From: Octopus bimaculoides
Taxonomy: Eukaryota
Assembly: GCF_001194135.2 (NCBI RefSeq)
Contig: NC_068986.1
Location: 105,250,241 to 105,287,040, forward strand
DNA: 36,800 nt
Direction of reading: 5' to 3'
Shown piece by piece: positions 23,669 to 34,645 of the stretch. The notes beneath the pieces were generated by a model. The model saw nothing but the letters and a program-made list of their open reading frames with translations, had not been told where the DNA came from and did no database searches. The position numbers and the translations under genes were made by a program. Each line of letters starts with the position of its first letter. Positions within the stretch are counted from its first letter, which is position 1.

Positions 23669-24067
23669 TATTTCTTTACTACCCACAAGGGGCTACACAG
23701 AGAGGGGACAAACAAGGACAGACAAACAGATTAAGTCCTTTATTTCGACCCCGGTGCGTAACTGACACTTATTTAATCGACCCCGAAAGGATGAAAGGCA
23801 AAGTCGACTCAGAACGTAGCAGCAGACGAAATACCTATTTCGTTATTGCCCACAAGGGGCTAAACATAGAGGGAACAAACAAGAACAGACGAACGGATTA
23901 AGTCGATTACATCGACCCCAGTGCGTAACTGGTACTTAATTTATCGACCCCGAAAGGATGAAAGGCAAAGTCGACCTCGGCGGAATTTGAACTCAGAACG
24001 TAACGGCAGACGAAATACCGCTAAGCATTTCGCTCGGCGTGCTAACGATTCTGCCAGCTCACCGCCT
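23669..24067 (-). mobile_element. SINE family B dimer (B1 + truncated B1) inserted as one unit, 14-bp TSD
   Basis: TGTGCATCACGTGT at 23655-23668 and 24068-24081 flanks both monomers; junction gcagacgaaatac|ctatttc at 23834/23835. Confidence 0.93.
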
Positions 24068-24574
24068 TGTGCATCACGTGTCATAGACAAGTGGTTAAGG
24101 GTCACAAAACTAACTTTGCCGCCAATAACAAATATCGGCAGCTCAACCCCCGCAAGGTCAGCAGATCAACAATGACATTAGGAGAGTGTCTGGTCTTTCC
24201 CTGCAATGCAACACAAATGAAGTCATCTCGTGGTTTAAACCTAACGGCGTTATAGACAGAAAAAAGTCTCACCCAATTCGATGTAGTCGGTTATTACCCG
24301 TCTATATTAAGTTATTTGTTATATAGGATACGCACCTTTGCTAGGGCCTATACTGAAATTATTGATGAAGACATAAACAGCATCATGGCCAACAGGAAAT
24401 TTCTACTATTTGCCAAAGGTTTTAATCTAGATTGAGCGGATAAACCTGGAAGGCTCATTCTTACTGAGCATATGAAGAATAAAACGTTTTGCTATGGAAG
24501 CAAAACGTTTCATTCTTCATATGCTCAGTAAGAATTCCCCCCACCCAGTTAGTTGTGGCTTATATAGGGAAGAT

Positions 24575-24936
24575 TGTTGGCACTCGTCCACGACGTCGAG
24601 GGTTCCAGTTCATCCGATCAACGGAACAGCCTCCTCGTGAAATTAACGTGCAAGTGGCTGAGCACTCCACAGACACGTCTACCCTTAACGTAGTTCTCAG
24701 GGATATTCAGCGTGACACAGTGTGACAAGACTGACCCTTTGCATTACAGGCACAACAGAAACAGGAAGTAAGAGTAAGAGAAAGTTGTGGTGGAAGAGTA
24801 CAGCAGGGTTCGCCACCATCCCATGCCGGAGCCTCGTGGAGCTTTAGGTGTTTTCGTTCAATAAATCCTCACAACGCCCGCTCTGGGAATCGAAACGGCG
24901 AGTCCACTACTCTAACCACTGGGCCATTGCGCCTCC
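24575..24936 (-). mobile_element. tRNA-headed SINE family D with 13-bp TSD
   Basis: Reverse complement starts GGAGGCGCAATGGCCCAGTGGTTAGAG with B-box-like TTCGATTCCC. TSD ATATAGGGAAGAT at 24562-24574 and 24937-24949. Confidence 0.9.
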
Positions 24937-25163
24937 ATATAGGGAAGATACTTTGGTATTATTGAAAGGGCCGAATAGCAGCACATAGGAAGGAAAACTT
25001 ATCCTTGATTCTGTTTGGCTGTAAATCACAATGCAAGCTAGCTTGCAAGTGGCTGAGTTCCTGGATGTGACATAAAACTGATACTAATAAACCCTCACTG
25101 AAACCGAATGAGAGTACAGCTCATATATTTCATTCCGGTTTCTCTTCGATAATTTTGATGCAT

Positions 25164-25191
25164 CTGAAGAAAGATTTATGTCTGAAACGTA
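25164..25191 (+). ncRNA. Degenerate hammerhead-like core (no helix I)
   Basis: CTGAAGA-A-AGA[TTTATG]TCT-GAAA-CG-TA; the flanks do not pair. Confidence 0.3.
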
Positions 25192-25774
25192 TTACAGCCT
25201 ACTTATTCCATTTTTTTCTTAAACGTCAAACTAATAACATTCACTGTGACTACCTCTTGTACTTCAGCCGTCTATATCTTTTGCATTTGCATTTTGCCAC
25301 ACACACACATAGACACAACACACACAAACAAACACGCACACACACACACATACATATTTAATTACCTGTGACTGAGCGTGTATGCATATATGCGTTTATA
25401 TAAATACATTTCAGATGTTCTTTGTATTTTATTCATTATAAAGGAATTTAAGCTGAATGTAAACTACTTTATATCTGTTTAAATTTAAGCATTTTAAACT
25501 TTAGAAATGAGAAAATTTAATATCATTAGATTCTACTTTAAATGTATTTCTCTTAATCTGTGTGCATACATACGTATGTTACTTAACTATCGCTTTCACC
25601 ATTATGTTTAATCGGATACGTTCAACTTGTTGTATAAACGGTTTGTAGCACTTGAGGCAATAAATGTAGCCTTAGAAACATCTTCTTATCGTGCGCAAAC
25701 TCTACGTTAATCGTAATACATTATCCTAAACAAAGCAATTTATCATAGTTGTGTATGAAAGCACTAGATTAATT

Positions 25775-25852
25775 ACTACATGTACATTCATATAATACAT
25801 ACATATATAGATACATACATACATACATACATACACATACACACACACACAT

Positions 25853-25906
<54 letters not shown>

Positions 25907-25920
25907 GTATGTGTTTGTAT
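25775..25920. repeat. Compound (TACA)n(CA)n(TA)n(TATG)n microsatellite
   Basis: Directly visible. Confidence 0.9.
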
Positions 25921-26017
25921 ATTTGTTAATCTTCTCAAACTCGCAAACCTATTCTACTATTGGATGTGCGGTAGTTAAAATATGCATGTATGTCGGTGCT
26001 TTGAGGAAAGGGAGGTG

Positions 26018-26050
26018 TCTAACGTTTCGGCCACATGCGTTTGTCAAAGA
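26018..26050 (-). ncRNA. Decayed Penelope-type hammerhead motif
   Basis: Minus strand reads TCT-TTGACAA-ACGCATGTGGCC-GAAACGTT-AGA. Helix I TCT/AGA and the palindromic AACGTT are kept; the core differs from CTGACGA by two transitions. Confidence 0.45.
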
Positions 26051-26232
26051 ACGGAACATAATGTCACGTGTGTTATACATGAGATCTATTCTGACGTTCT
26101 GGATATAATGGAGACCGGAGTATATATGTTGCATTAGACAGAATGGAAATAGATTGCAGGCGAATGTTCAAACTACACGACAACACACCATATATAGATA
26201 TATATATAGATATAGATATATATATATGTATG

Positions 26233-26264
<32 letters not shown>

Positions 26265-26266
<2 letters not shown>

Positions 26267-26695
26267 CATCATTTGTACGTTGTGGAAAATATACCGCCAT
26301 CGTTGCCCAAACGACATGAACATTAGTTTCAAGGTTCATCCAAGGCTGGGACCACGGGCCATACGTCCCCTGCCCAATTCAGGATCACAACATATAGGTA
26401 CATTGCGGCATAATTTCTTTTCCTCAACAGGCCTTGCCCTGTTTAACATTGTCCCGAAACAGATAAAAGAGGAAAAGGACCCTATCAGCTTTAAACGGAG
26501 TCTAGACAGTTTTCTTCAAAGAATACCAGACAAACCACCCATACCTGGATACAACTCACTCAACAAGAACTCACTACTTGAATGAACCATAGACAAAACT
26601 TGACTGTAAAAAGGATTTAGATAATCCTATCAGGTGGTGCTATTAAGTTAGAACGATCTTTGGTCGAAACATATCTAAATTTTATCTAAGTTTTA
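26265..26695 (+). mobile_element. CR1-group LINE, 5'-truncated 3' end (C-terminal ORF2 plus 3' UTR)
   Basis: Open frame YIICTLWKIYRHRCPNDMNISFKVHPRLG...TLRHNFFSSTGLALFNIVPKQIKEEKDPISFKRSLDSFLQRIPDKPPIPGY...NSLLE* (stop at 26583-26585); tail CAGGTGGTGCT...GGTCGAAAC then ATCTAAATTT-like repeats. Confidence 0.8.
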
Positions 26696-26897
26696 TATAT
26701 ATTCGGATATTCGAAGCTCTGATGAAGCGATAAGGTATTACGCGGTCAATGAACTATATTTTTTGGTCAACTCATTTTTGTATAACCGGTCTGTACTCAA
26801 CTTATGCTCTATGCTGAAGCATATGCATATTAAGTTCTACACACATTTATTAGTCTCACAACACCTAAGCGAAATATATATATATATATATATGAGT

Positions 26898-26931
<34 letters not shown>

Positions 26932-27074
26932 TTGTGAAATTATTATGTACGTAAACAAAGAAAGTTTGCTTTTTGTCTTTTCAGAAGCGTTGAGATATAT
27001 TGAAATATACGGATACGGAAGATACATTTCAACGCATTAAAAAAAAAAAAGTACAAACTTTGTTTACATACGTA

Positions 27075-27274
27075 NNNNNNNNNNNNNNNNNNNNNNNNNN
27101 NNNNNNNNNNNNNNNNNNNNNNNNNNNNNNNNNNNNNNNNNNNNNNNNNNNNNNNNNNNNNNNNNNNNNNNNNNNNNNNNNNNNNNNNNNNNNNNNNNNN
27201 NNNNNNNNNNNNNNNNNNNNNNNNNNNNNNNNNNNNNNNNNNNNNNNNNNNNNNNNNNNNNNNNNNNNNNNNNN
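27075..27274. other. Assembly gap (N run)
   Basis: N characters. Confidence 1.
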
Positions 27275-27594
27275 TTTACTTTACTTTATATTATACTCAT
27301 TTATTGTGCTTTTAATTATTAATTTTTCTATATGTGATAGTGGATTTTCATCGATGAGTTCTTGAATATTGGTTATTTTCCCTAAAACTATATATATTTT
27401 ATATATACTTTATCTATAAGGCTCAATTTAATTTTAATTTTTTATAAATTGATTTTAATTGAGTTTTTTACCTGTAATTTTGGATTTTGTCCCTAATAAT
27501 ATTATATATATATATATATATATAGTATATGTTAGAGACAATGCTTGACAATTGTAAGCACCTGTGTATGCCAGCTCGTGGTTGAGGTGAAAGA

Positions 27595-27711
27595 ATAAAT
27601 TGTAAATGCAAAAAATAAAAACAAAAACACAAAGCTTGATATAAAGCTTGAAACACGTGTACCGCAGAATCCTTTGTGTTTTTGTTTTTATTTTTTGCAT
27701 TTACAATTTAT
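27595..27711. repeat. Perfect 40-bp inverted repeat with 37-nt spacer (hairpin or MITE-like)
   Basis: 27595-27634 is the exact reverse complement of 27672-27711. Confidence 0.9.
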
Positions 27712-27775
27712 ATATATATATAGATAGATAGATAGATATTATGCATATATACATATATATGTATATATACATGCA

Positions 27776-27897
<122 letters not shown>

Positions 27898-27899
27898 AA

Positions 27900-28059
27900 C
27901 GCAGCAGTGGCTGTGTGGTAAGTAGCTTGCCCACCAAACACATGGTTCCGGTTTCAGTCCTACTGCATGGCACCTTGGGCAAGTGTCTTCTACTATAGTC
28001 TCAGGCTGACTAAAGTCTTTTGAGAGGATTTGGTAGATGGAAACTGAAAGAAGTCCGTC

Positions 28060-28110
<51 letters not shown>

Positions 28111-28382
28111 TGTGTGTGTATGTGTGTGTGTGCGTGCGCGTGTGTATGTGTATGTGTATGTGTGTTTGTGTGTCCGTCTTTGTCCCCCCCCCCACCCAAC
28201 ATCGCTTGACAACCGATGTTGGGCTGGTGCGTTTACGTTCCCGTAACTTATCGGTTCGGCAAAATGAGAGACCGATAGAATAAGTTCTAAGCTTACCAAG
28301 AATAAGTCCTCGGTTTGATTTGCTTGACTAAAGGTGGTGCTCCAGCATGGCCGAAGTTAAATGACTGATACGAATAAAAGAA
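27900..28382 (+). mobile_element. SINE family A with expanded internal (TG)n
   Basis: Head GCAGTGGCTGTGTGGTAAG, body, internal tract about 28040-28170, tail AAGGTGGTGCTCCAGCATGGCC...AATAAAAGAAT. Confidence 0.92.
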
Positions 28383-28469
28383 TATGTATATGTATATTTA
28401 TTTTGTATGTATATATATATGTATGTATGTATATGTATGTATTTATATGTTGAGACGGAAACAGAGAAA

Positions 28470-28700
28470 AACCCAACCTCTGAAAACACAATCAGATGAA
28501 TCTGCTGTGAGCGCGGAAGTTAAGTTCTTATGATTGATTCCGTGCACAGTTTTCGATTGGTCTAAATTCCTCACAGAGTCATAGCAGCTAGATCTGCCAT
28601 CAAACCCCTCCACGATATATTGCATAGAATGGGACCGCAATGGTTTGGGCATTCGTGACCAAATAACCAAAGACAAGCAGAGCACTTTTTTTAATCACTT
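28470..28700 (+). mobile_element. Possible highly decayed RTE-type LINE C-terminal fragment
   Basis: IKPLHDILHRMGPQWFGH resembles the RTE ..RRRRLQWFGH motif; little else supports it. Confidence 0.3.
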
Positions 28701-28996
28701 TGGCCAAAACCCACAGAGTTTTGAGCCAGAATTCATCGATTGGACTTCATATGTTTGCATCCTGTTTTAGCACAGATAAATAGGAAATTTCTTGTGTTCT
28801 CCATCCACATAAATTTGTACCGAGATTTCCGGCAAACAATCTCTCTCTCCTTCTATGGGCATGCGCAGACTCTCCCAAACACACATACATATATATTGTA
28901 TTTATGAATATATGTGTGCGTATGAGTGGCTGTGTGCCTATGTGTATGTGTGTACTTGTATGTATGTACATGTATATTTGTACCCATATGTGATGT

Positions 28997-29033
<37 letters not shown>

Positions 29034-29743
29034 NNNNNNNNNNNNNNNNNNNNNNNNNNNNNNNNNNNNNNNNNNNNNNNNNNNNNNNNNNNNNNNNNNN
29101 NNNNNNNNNNNNNNNNNNNNNNNNNNNNNNNNNNNNNNNNNNNNNNNNNNNNNNNNNNNNNNNNNNNNNNNNNNNNNNNNNNNNNNNNNNNNNNNNNNNN
29201 NNNNNNNNNNNNNNNNNNNNNNNNNNNNNNNNNNNNNNNNNNNNNNNNNNNNNNNNNNNNNNNNNNNNNNNNNNNNNNNNNNNNNNNNNNNNNNNNNNNN
29301 NNNNNNNNNNNNNNNNNNNNNNNNNNNNNNNNNNNNNNNNNNNNNNNNNNNNNNNNNNNNNNNNNNNNNNNNNNNNNNNNNNNNNNNNNNNNNNNNNNNN
29401 NNNNNNNNNNNNNNNNNNNNNNNNNNNNNNNNNNNNNNNNNNNNNNNNNNNNNNNNNNNNNNNNNNNNNNNNNNNNNNNNNNNNNNNNNNNNNNNNNNNN
29501 NNNNNNNNNNNNNNNNNNNNNNNNNNNNNNNNNNNNNNNNNNNNNNNNNNNNNNNNNNNNNNNNNNNNNNNNNNNNNNNNNNNNNNNNNNNNNNNNNNNN
29601 NNNNNNNNNNNNNNNNNNNNNNNNNNNNNNNNNNNNNNNNNNNNNNNNNNNNNNNNNNNNNNNNNNNNNNNNNNNNNNNNNNNNNNNNNNNNNNNNNNNN
29701 NNNNNNNNNNNNNNNNNNNNNNNNNNNNNNNNNNNNNNNNNNN
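29034..29743. other. Assembly gap (N run)
   Basis: N characters, preceded by (TA)n. Confidence 1.
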
Positions 29744-29822
29744 AGTGGTAGTAGTTGTAGTAGTAGTAGTAGTGGTGGTAGTAGTAGTAGTAGTAGTGGT
29801 AGTAGTAGTGGTAGTAGTAGTG

Positions 29823-29871
<49 letters not shown>

Positions 29872-29872
29872 C

Positions 29873-29926
<54 letters not shown>

Positions 29927-29940
29927 GGTGGTGGTGGTAG
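29744..29940. repeat. (GTA)n/(GTG)n trinucleotide microsatellite
   Basis: Directly visible; source of the poly-Thr and poly-Val ORFs. Confidence 0.97.
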
Positions 29941-30784
29941 GCATAGCCTTAATAAGTTCCTAGGAGATGATGGCCAGCGAATTCGCCATGCTAGTCAAGT
30001 CCATTGAAGCCCATCCACACCAGCTCACCGCTATTGTTTAACATTTTATCTTTTAAAAGAAACTCTTATCGCCAGTGTCTTTTGCCGACTAATCTTTTAG
30101 CCGAACTTCTCATTTTTCTGGCCATATCTCGTCCTCATATCTAGCTCGTATCTCCGTTTCTGTCAAGTATTTTCTAAGCAAGTAATCTGCTTAACGTCTT
30201 TGCATCTTTCCGTTTGGCCCAGAAACTTGCATTTCTCCTTTGTTTTTCTTTTCTCTGACTATGCGTATGTTTGTATGTGGTTGTGTGTGGTTGTGTGTGC
30301 GTGTGCGTGTTTGAACGTTATCGGAACACTCGAACACTTACAGTTTGAGAAACACATACACCCACGTAAACATACAACCAGGAATACATAAGCCATACAC
30401 ACAGGAATACACTCACGCACTCACACACATGTAAATAAACATGCACATATATATACACATACGGAAACAATGATAGGCAAACGAATGTTTTTTTTTTGCC
30501 CGTTTTCTTTCTCATTCAGTGTTTGCCTTTTATACTGAAACACACACACACATATACATGTGTGTGTGTGTGTGTGTACATATGTATATATACACATAGA
30601 GGTGTTTATATATANNNNNNNNNNACTGAATGAATTTAATAAAAGCATCAAAATATGAAACATCATAAAAATTGTTCAAACTGAAGTATTCTGGAGTGAT
30701 ACGTTTTTCTATTCGAGTCAATACAGAATTAGAGCTAGTGTTTATGGAATTTTTATCTACTGCCGGGTGACTTCTGGCCATTCC

Positions 30785-30900
30785 GGTATATGCTTCTCAA
30801 CTACATCGCTCAGGGTTCACTCCCACTGCGTGACACCTTGTGTGGTCGTCTTTTATTACTCTAGCTTTGGGAGGACAGAAACTGAAAAAAGTCCTTCACG
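30785..30900 (+). mobile_element. SINE family A, degenerate 5' half
   Basis: gggttcactcccactgcgtgacaccttg...cagaaactgaaaaaagtcc. Confidence 0.65.
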
Positions 30901-30922
30901 TATTCTTAAAAGAAAGAGAATA

Positions 30923-31085
30923 GGCGCATGCGTGACTGTTTGGTAACTAGTTTGCTTACCAACCACATAGTTCTGGGTTCAGTCCCACTGCGTGGAAACT
31001 TGGGCAAGTGTCTCATGCTGTAATCTCGGGCCGACCGAAGCCCTGTGAGTGGATTTGGCAGACGGAAACTGAAAGAATCCCGTCG

Positions 31086-31133
<48 letters not shown>

Positions 31134-31135
31134 GT
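30923..31135 (+). mobile_element. SINE family A, 5' half running into a gap at its microsatellite
   Basis: GGCGCATGCGTGACTG...GGGTTCAGTCCCACTGCG...GAAAGAATCCCGTCG then (TA)(TG) and Ns. Confidence 0.93.
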
Positions 31136-31957
31136 NNNNNNNNNNNNNNNNNNNNNNNNNNNNNNNNNNNNNNNNNNNNNNNNNNNNNNNNNNNNNNNNN
31201 NNNNNNNNNNNNNNNNNNNNNNNNNNNNNNNNNNNNNNNNNNNNNNNNNNNNNNNNNNNNNNNNNNNNNNNNNNNNNNNNNNNNNNNNNNNNNNNNNNNN
31301 NNNNNNNNNNNNNNNNNNNNNNNNNNNNNNNNNNNNNNNNNNNNNNNNNNNNNNNNNNNNNNNNNNNNNNNNNNNNNNNNNNNNNNNNNNNNNNNNNNNN
31401 NNNNNNNNNNNNNNNNNNNNNNNNNNNNNNNNNNNNNNNNNNNNNNNNNNNNNNNNNNNNNNNNNNNNNNNNNNNNNNNNNNNNNNNNNNNNNNNNNNNN
31501 NNNNNNNNNNNNNNNNNNNNNNNNNNNNNNNNNNNNNNNNNNNNNNNNNNNNNNNNNNNNNNNNNNNNNNNNNNNNNNNNNNNNNNNNNNNNNNNNNNNN
31601 NNNNNNNNNNNNNNNNNNNNNNNNNNNNNNNNNNNNNNNNNNNNNNNNNNNNNNNNNNNNNNNNNNNNNNNNNNNNNNNNNNNNNNNNNNNNNNNNNNNN
31701 NNNNNNNNNNNNNNNNNNNNNNNNNNNNNNNNNNNNNNNNNNNNNNNNNNNNNNNNNNNNNNNNNNNNNNNNNNNNNNNNNNNNNNNNNNNNNNNNNNNN
31801 NNNNNNNNNNNNNNNNNNNNNNNNNNNNNNNNNNNNNNNNNNNNNNNNNNNNNNNNNNNNNNNNNNNNNNNNNNNNNNNNNNNNNNNNNNNNNNNNNNNN
31901 NNNNNNNNNNNNNNNNNNNNNNNNNNNNNNNNNNNNNNNNNNNNNNNNNNNNNNNNN
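31136..31957. other. Assembly gap (N run)
   Basis: N characters. Confidence 1.
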
Positions 31958-31994
<37 letters not shown>

Positions 31995-32078
31995 TAAAGT
32001 AAATGTTAGAGGTAATACTTGACAATTGTAAGCACCTGTGTAATACATATATACATACATACATACATACATACATGC

Positions 32079-32215
32079 GATGGGCTTCCACATAGTTTTT
32101 ATCTACCAAATTCATCCGCAAGGTATTAATCGACCCAGGGTTATAACAAGCAAGACTTCCTCATGGTGGCACGCATGGGGACTGCACGATAAACCTTGTC
32201 GTTGCAAAGCGAGCT
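32079..32215 (-). mobile_element. SINE family A-related, degenerate 5' half
   Basis: gatgggcttcc...tctaccaaattca...ggttata...ggtggcacgcatgggactg follows the family A complement. Confidence 0.55.
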
Positions 32216-32501
32216 TTGTGTTAAATCTACCTTTTACGTTTTAATGAGTACTGAATAATTGCACAGCGAAATGATCTGTAACTAAAATCTGACATATTTG
32301 TTAGATTAACGCTTCTGTCGAGCAGATGGCAGTGAATTAGAGGAGATATTGAAACGGCTGGGTTAAGGATCATTTACATTTACTTCCGGTGTCTGTAGAT
32401 AATGCACCCTACAGCAATGTAATCGCGACGATATATATGGAGAGAGATGGCGGAGAGAGATTGAGAGATAAATAGATAGTTGGTTAGGTAGATAGACAGA
32501 C

Positions 32502-32532
<31 letters not shown>

Positions 32533-32571
32533 CACATAGATAATGTACATACATACATGTATGTGTGTGTG

Positions 32572-32609
<38 letters not shown>

Positions 32610-32985
32610 AGGACCATCTTGTTAGCGCTGTAAGTTATAACTATCTTTCAATTGCCCTAGTAATATGGCCTGGTTTGCGGGCCAATAAAATATATACTGT
32701 TGTTAAAACCGTGCACAGCCTACCAAGATACGAAGCAAAAGCAATTTCCTTCTTTCCAAAGCACAGGAATGATTTAGTCGTTGAGTAACAGCCTCGACAC
32801 ATTATATGCATTCTTCGGGGAATCAGAAGAAAATCTCTGGATAAATAATTACAACTTAGAATATTTTACTTTGATGTTTTTCAGTTACATCACTGGCAGA
32901 ATTAAAGTTTCGGTGTTTTAAGTTGGTGCTTCAGTGGGATGTCTCGATATAGTCGTTTCTGCTGAATCACCACAGCTCACTGAAC

Positions 32986-33290
32986 TTAGATGTGGCGGCC
33001 ATCAATGAGATTACTGCTTCTGTCATACTGTTCTTTGTACAATGTGCAAGCCTCTTTCGGCAGATTCAGATCACTTTGAGGTAATTCCGTTCTTTATGAT
33101 AAACCAACATCTCACGTTACAGACGGTTATTCGAGATCAAGTTGTTAAGCCTACTGCCCTACATATGAACAACAGAAAGGACTGAGTCAGGTGAAATTTT
33201 TAGCACTGGACTAGGAAGAAGGACCAGGTTTTTTTATAGTCTGAACACCGTTTTGTATTAGCAGGCAACGGGAATGTTATCGTAGACGCA
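32986..33290 (+). mobile_element. Possible decayed apurinic-type endonuclease of an RTE-like LINE
   Basis: Motif-like peptides in the right order but in three different frames: LDVAAINE (32986), AYCPT (33149), VLAGNGNVIV (33255; cf. GDFNAKV). Confidence 0.3.
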
Positions 33291-33857
33291 CCCTTAGATG
33301 GAGTAGGCCTGATGCTTTAGAGGGAAAGATAAATTAAACTCTATTTCTCCAGACCTTTGCAAATATCATACAGCTGTGATGGTATTTTACATTACTCAGG
33401 GACAGAGTAAATTCTCTATACGTTTGGTTGAATGCTACAGACGTTGCAATTTTCGAAACAGAACGGACAATCTAGATATGCCCCGTAAAAAGGATAGTCA
33501 GTTACAGTTTCGGATTTCATTATTTGATAATAGTGAATCTTATAAAGTACGGAGCAGCCAATCAAATAAATAGGTTTTGACCAATGCAGCCGGTAAAAAA
33601 AAAAAAAAAATTACGAAAAACGCAGATAGCGTTGAGGTTTCAAAATCAGCGACGAAACAAGCATCCACATCGGCAACAGCAACAACAACAAAAATACACG
33701 CAAATACAGAACCAACCACAGAAAAGGATTCAATAAAAATAATACAAATAACTCCGTAACCCAGTTTGAGAAACAAAACGATAAAAACCTAGATACTTAC
33801 ATATCACATAATATCGTAAAACCTGAGAAGCAGATCCTTACCATCAGACCACATCGT

Positions 33858-34388
33858 GCGGATGTTTATATTCTGACTTCAAATCCCGCTGATACCAACT
33901 TTGTTTTTCATTCTCTCGGGTCCTTAAAGTACCTATCAATTAATGGGGTTCATATAATCGACTACACCTCTCCCCTAATAATTCTTGGTTTCGTACGTTA
34001 ATTAGAAAGAATAATCTAATTGGTAAGTTGGCCGTCTTTACGTTCTGAGATGAAATTCCACTGAGATCAACGTTAACTTATATCATTTCGGGGTTGAGGA
34101 AATAAATACCCGTAGAGCACTGAGATCAATGTAATTGATTGGACCACTCCCACAAAATTTCAGGTTTTAGTTTGGTTGATAAACAGAATCTTTAAAGCAT
34201 CAAACAATGTACTTTGTTTATTTGTACAGGATGTTTCTTTCTGTGTTCAAATTCATAGAATGTCAATTTGCTACTTTTCCATCCGAGGTCGAGAAAAATA
34301 AAGTATTATTTATGCACTGCTGTCGATTTAATCGATTGTTACTCTTGTCCGATTTTTCAGCCCTTGTGCTGAGAGTAGAGAAGATTAT
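33858..34388 (+). mobile_element. Three old 5'-truncated SINE B copies in tandem (about 33858-33997, 34030-34170, 34241-34388)
   Basis: Each shows a B-box-like TTCAAAT/GAAATTCC, a body like TTTCGGGGT..A..AATA, a TAAT(C/T)GA motif and a B2-like tail (AAAATTTCAG/TTTTCAGCCCTTGTGC). Confidence 0.65.
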
Positions 34389-34410
34389 TTTTGATTTTTG
34401 TTGTTGTAAA

Positions 34411-34645
34411 GGCGGCGAGCTGGCAGAATCGTTAGCACGCTGGACGAAATGCTTAGCGGTATTTCGTCCGTCGCTAAGCTCCGCGTTCAAATTCCGCTGA
34501 GGTCGATTTTGCATTTTATCCTTTCGAGGTTGATAAAATTAAGTACCAGTGAAATTCTGGGTTCGATGTAATCGACTAGTCCCTTTCCCCAAAATTTCAG
34601 GTCATGTGCCTACAATAGAAAGGGTTATTGTTGTTGTTGTTGTCG
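34411..34645 (+). mobile_element. SINE family B (B2 tail), full length, (TTG)n end
   Basis: GGCGGCGAGCTGGCAGAATCGTTAGCAC ... CCCCAAAATTTCAGGTCATGTGCCTACAATAGAAAGG. Confidence 0.93.

Noticed and set aside
26719-26748. Hammerhead-like CTGATGA-AGCG...CGC-GGTC
   Set aside because: GAAA is missing and the flanks do not form helix I; at best a deleted remnant.
33577-33759. 60-aa Thr/Ala/Lys-rich ORF
   Set aside because: Built from an A run and CAA-type low-complexity sequence.
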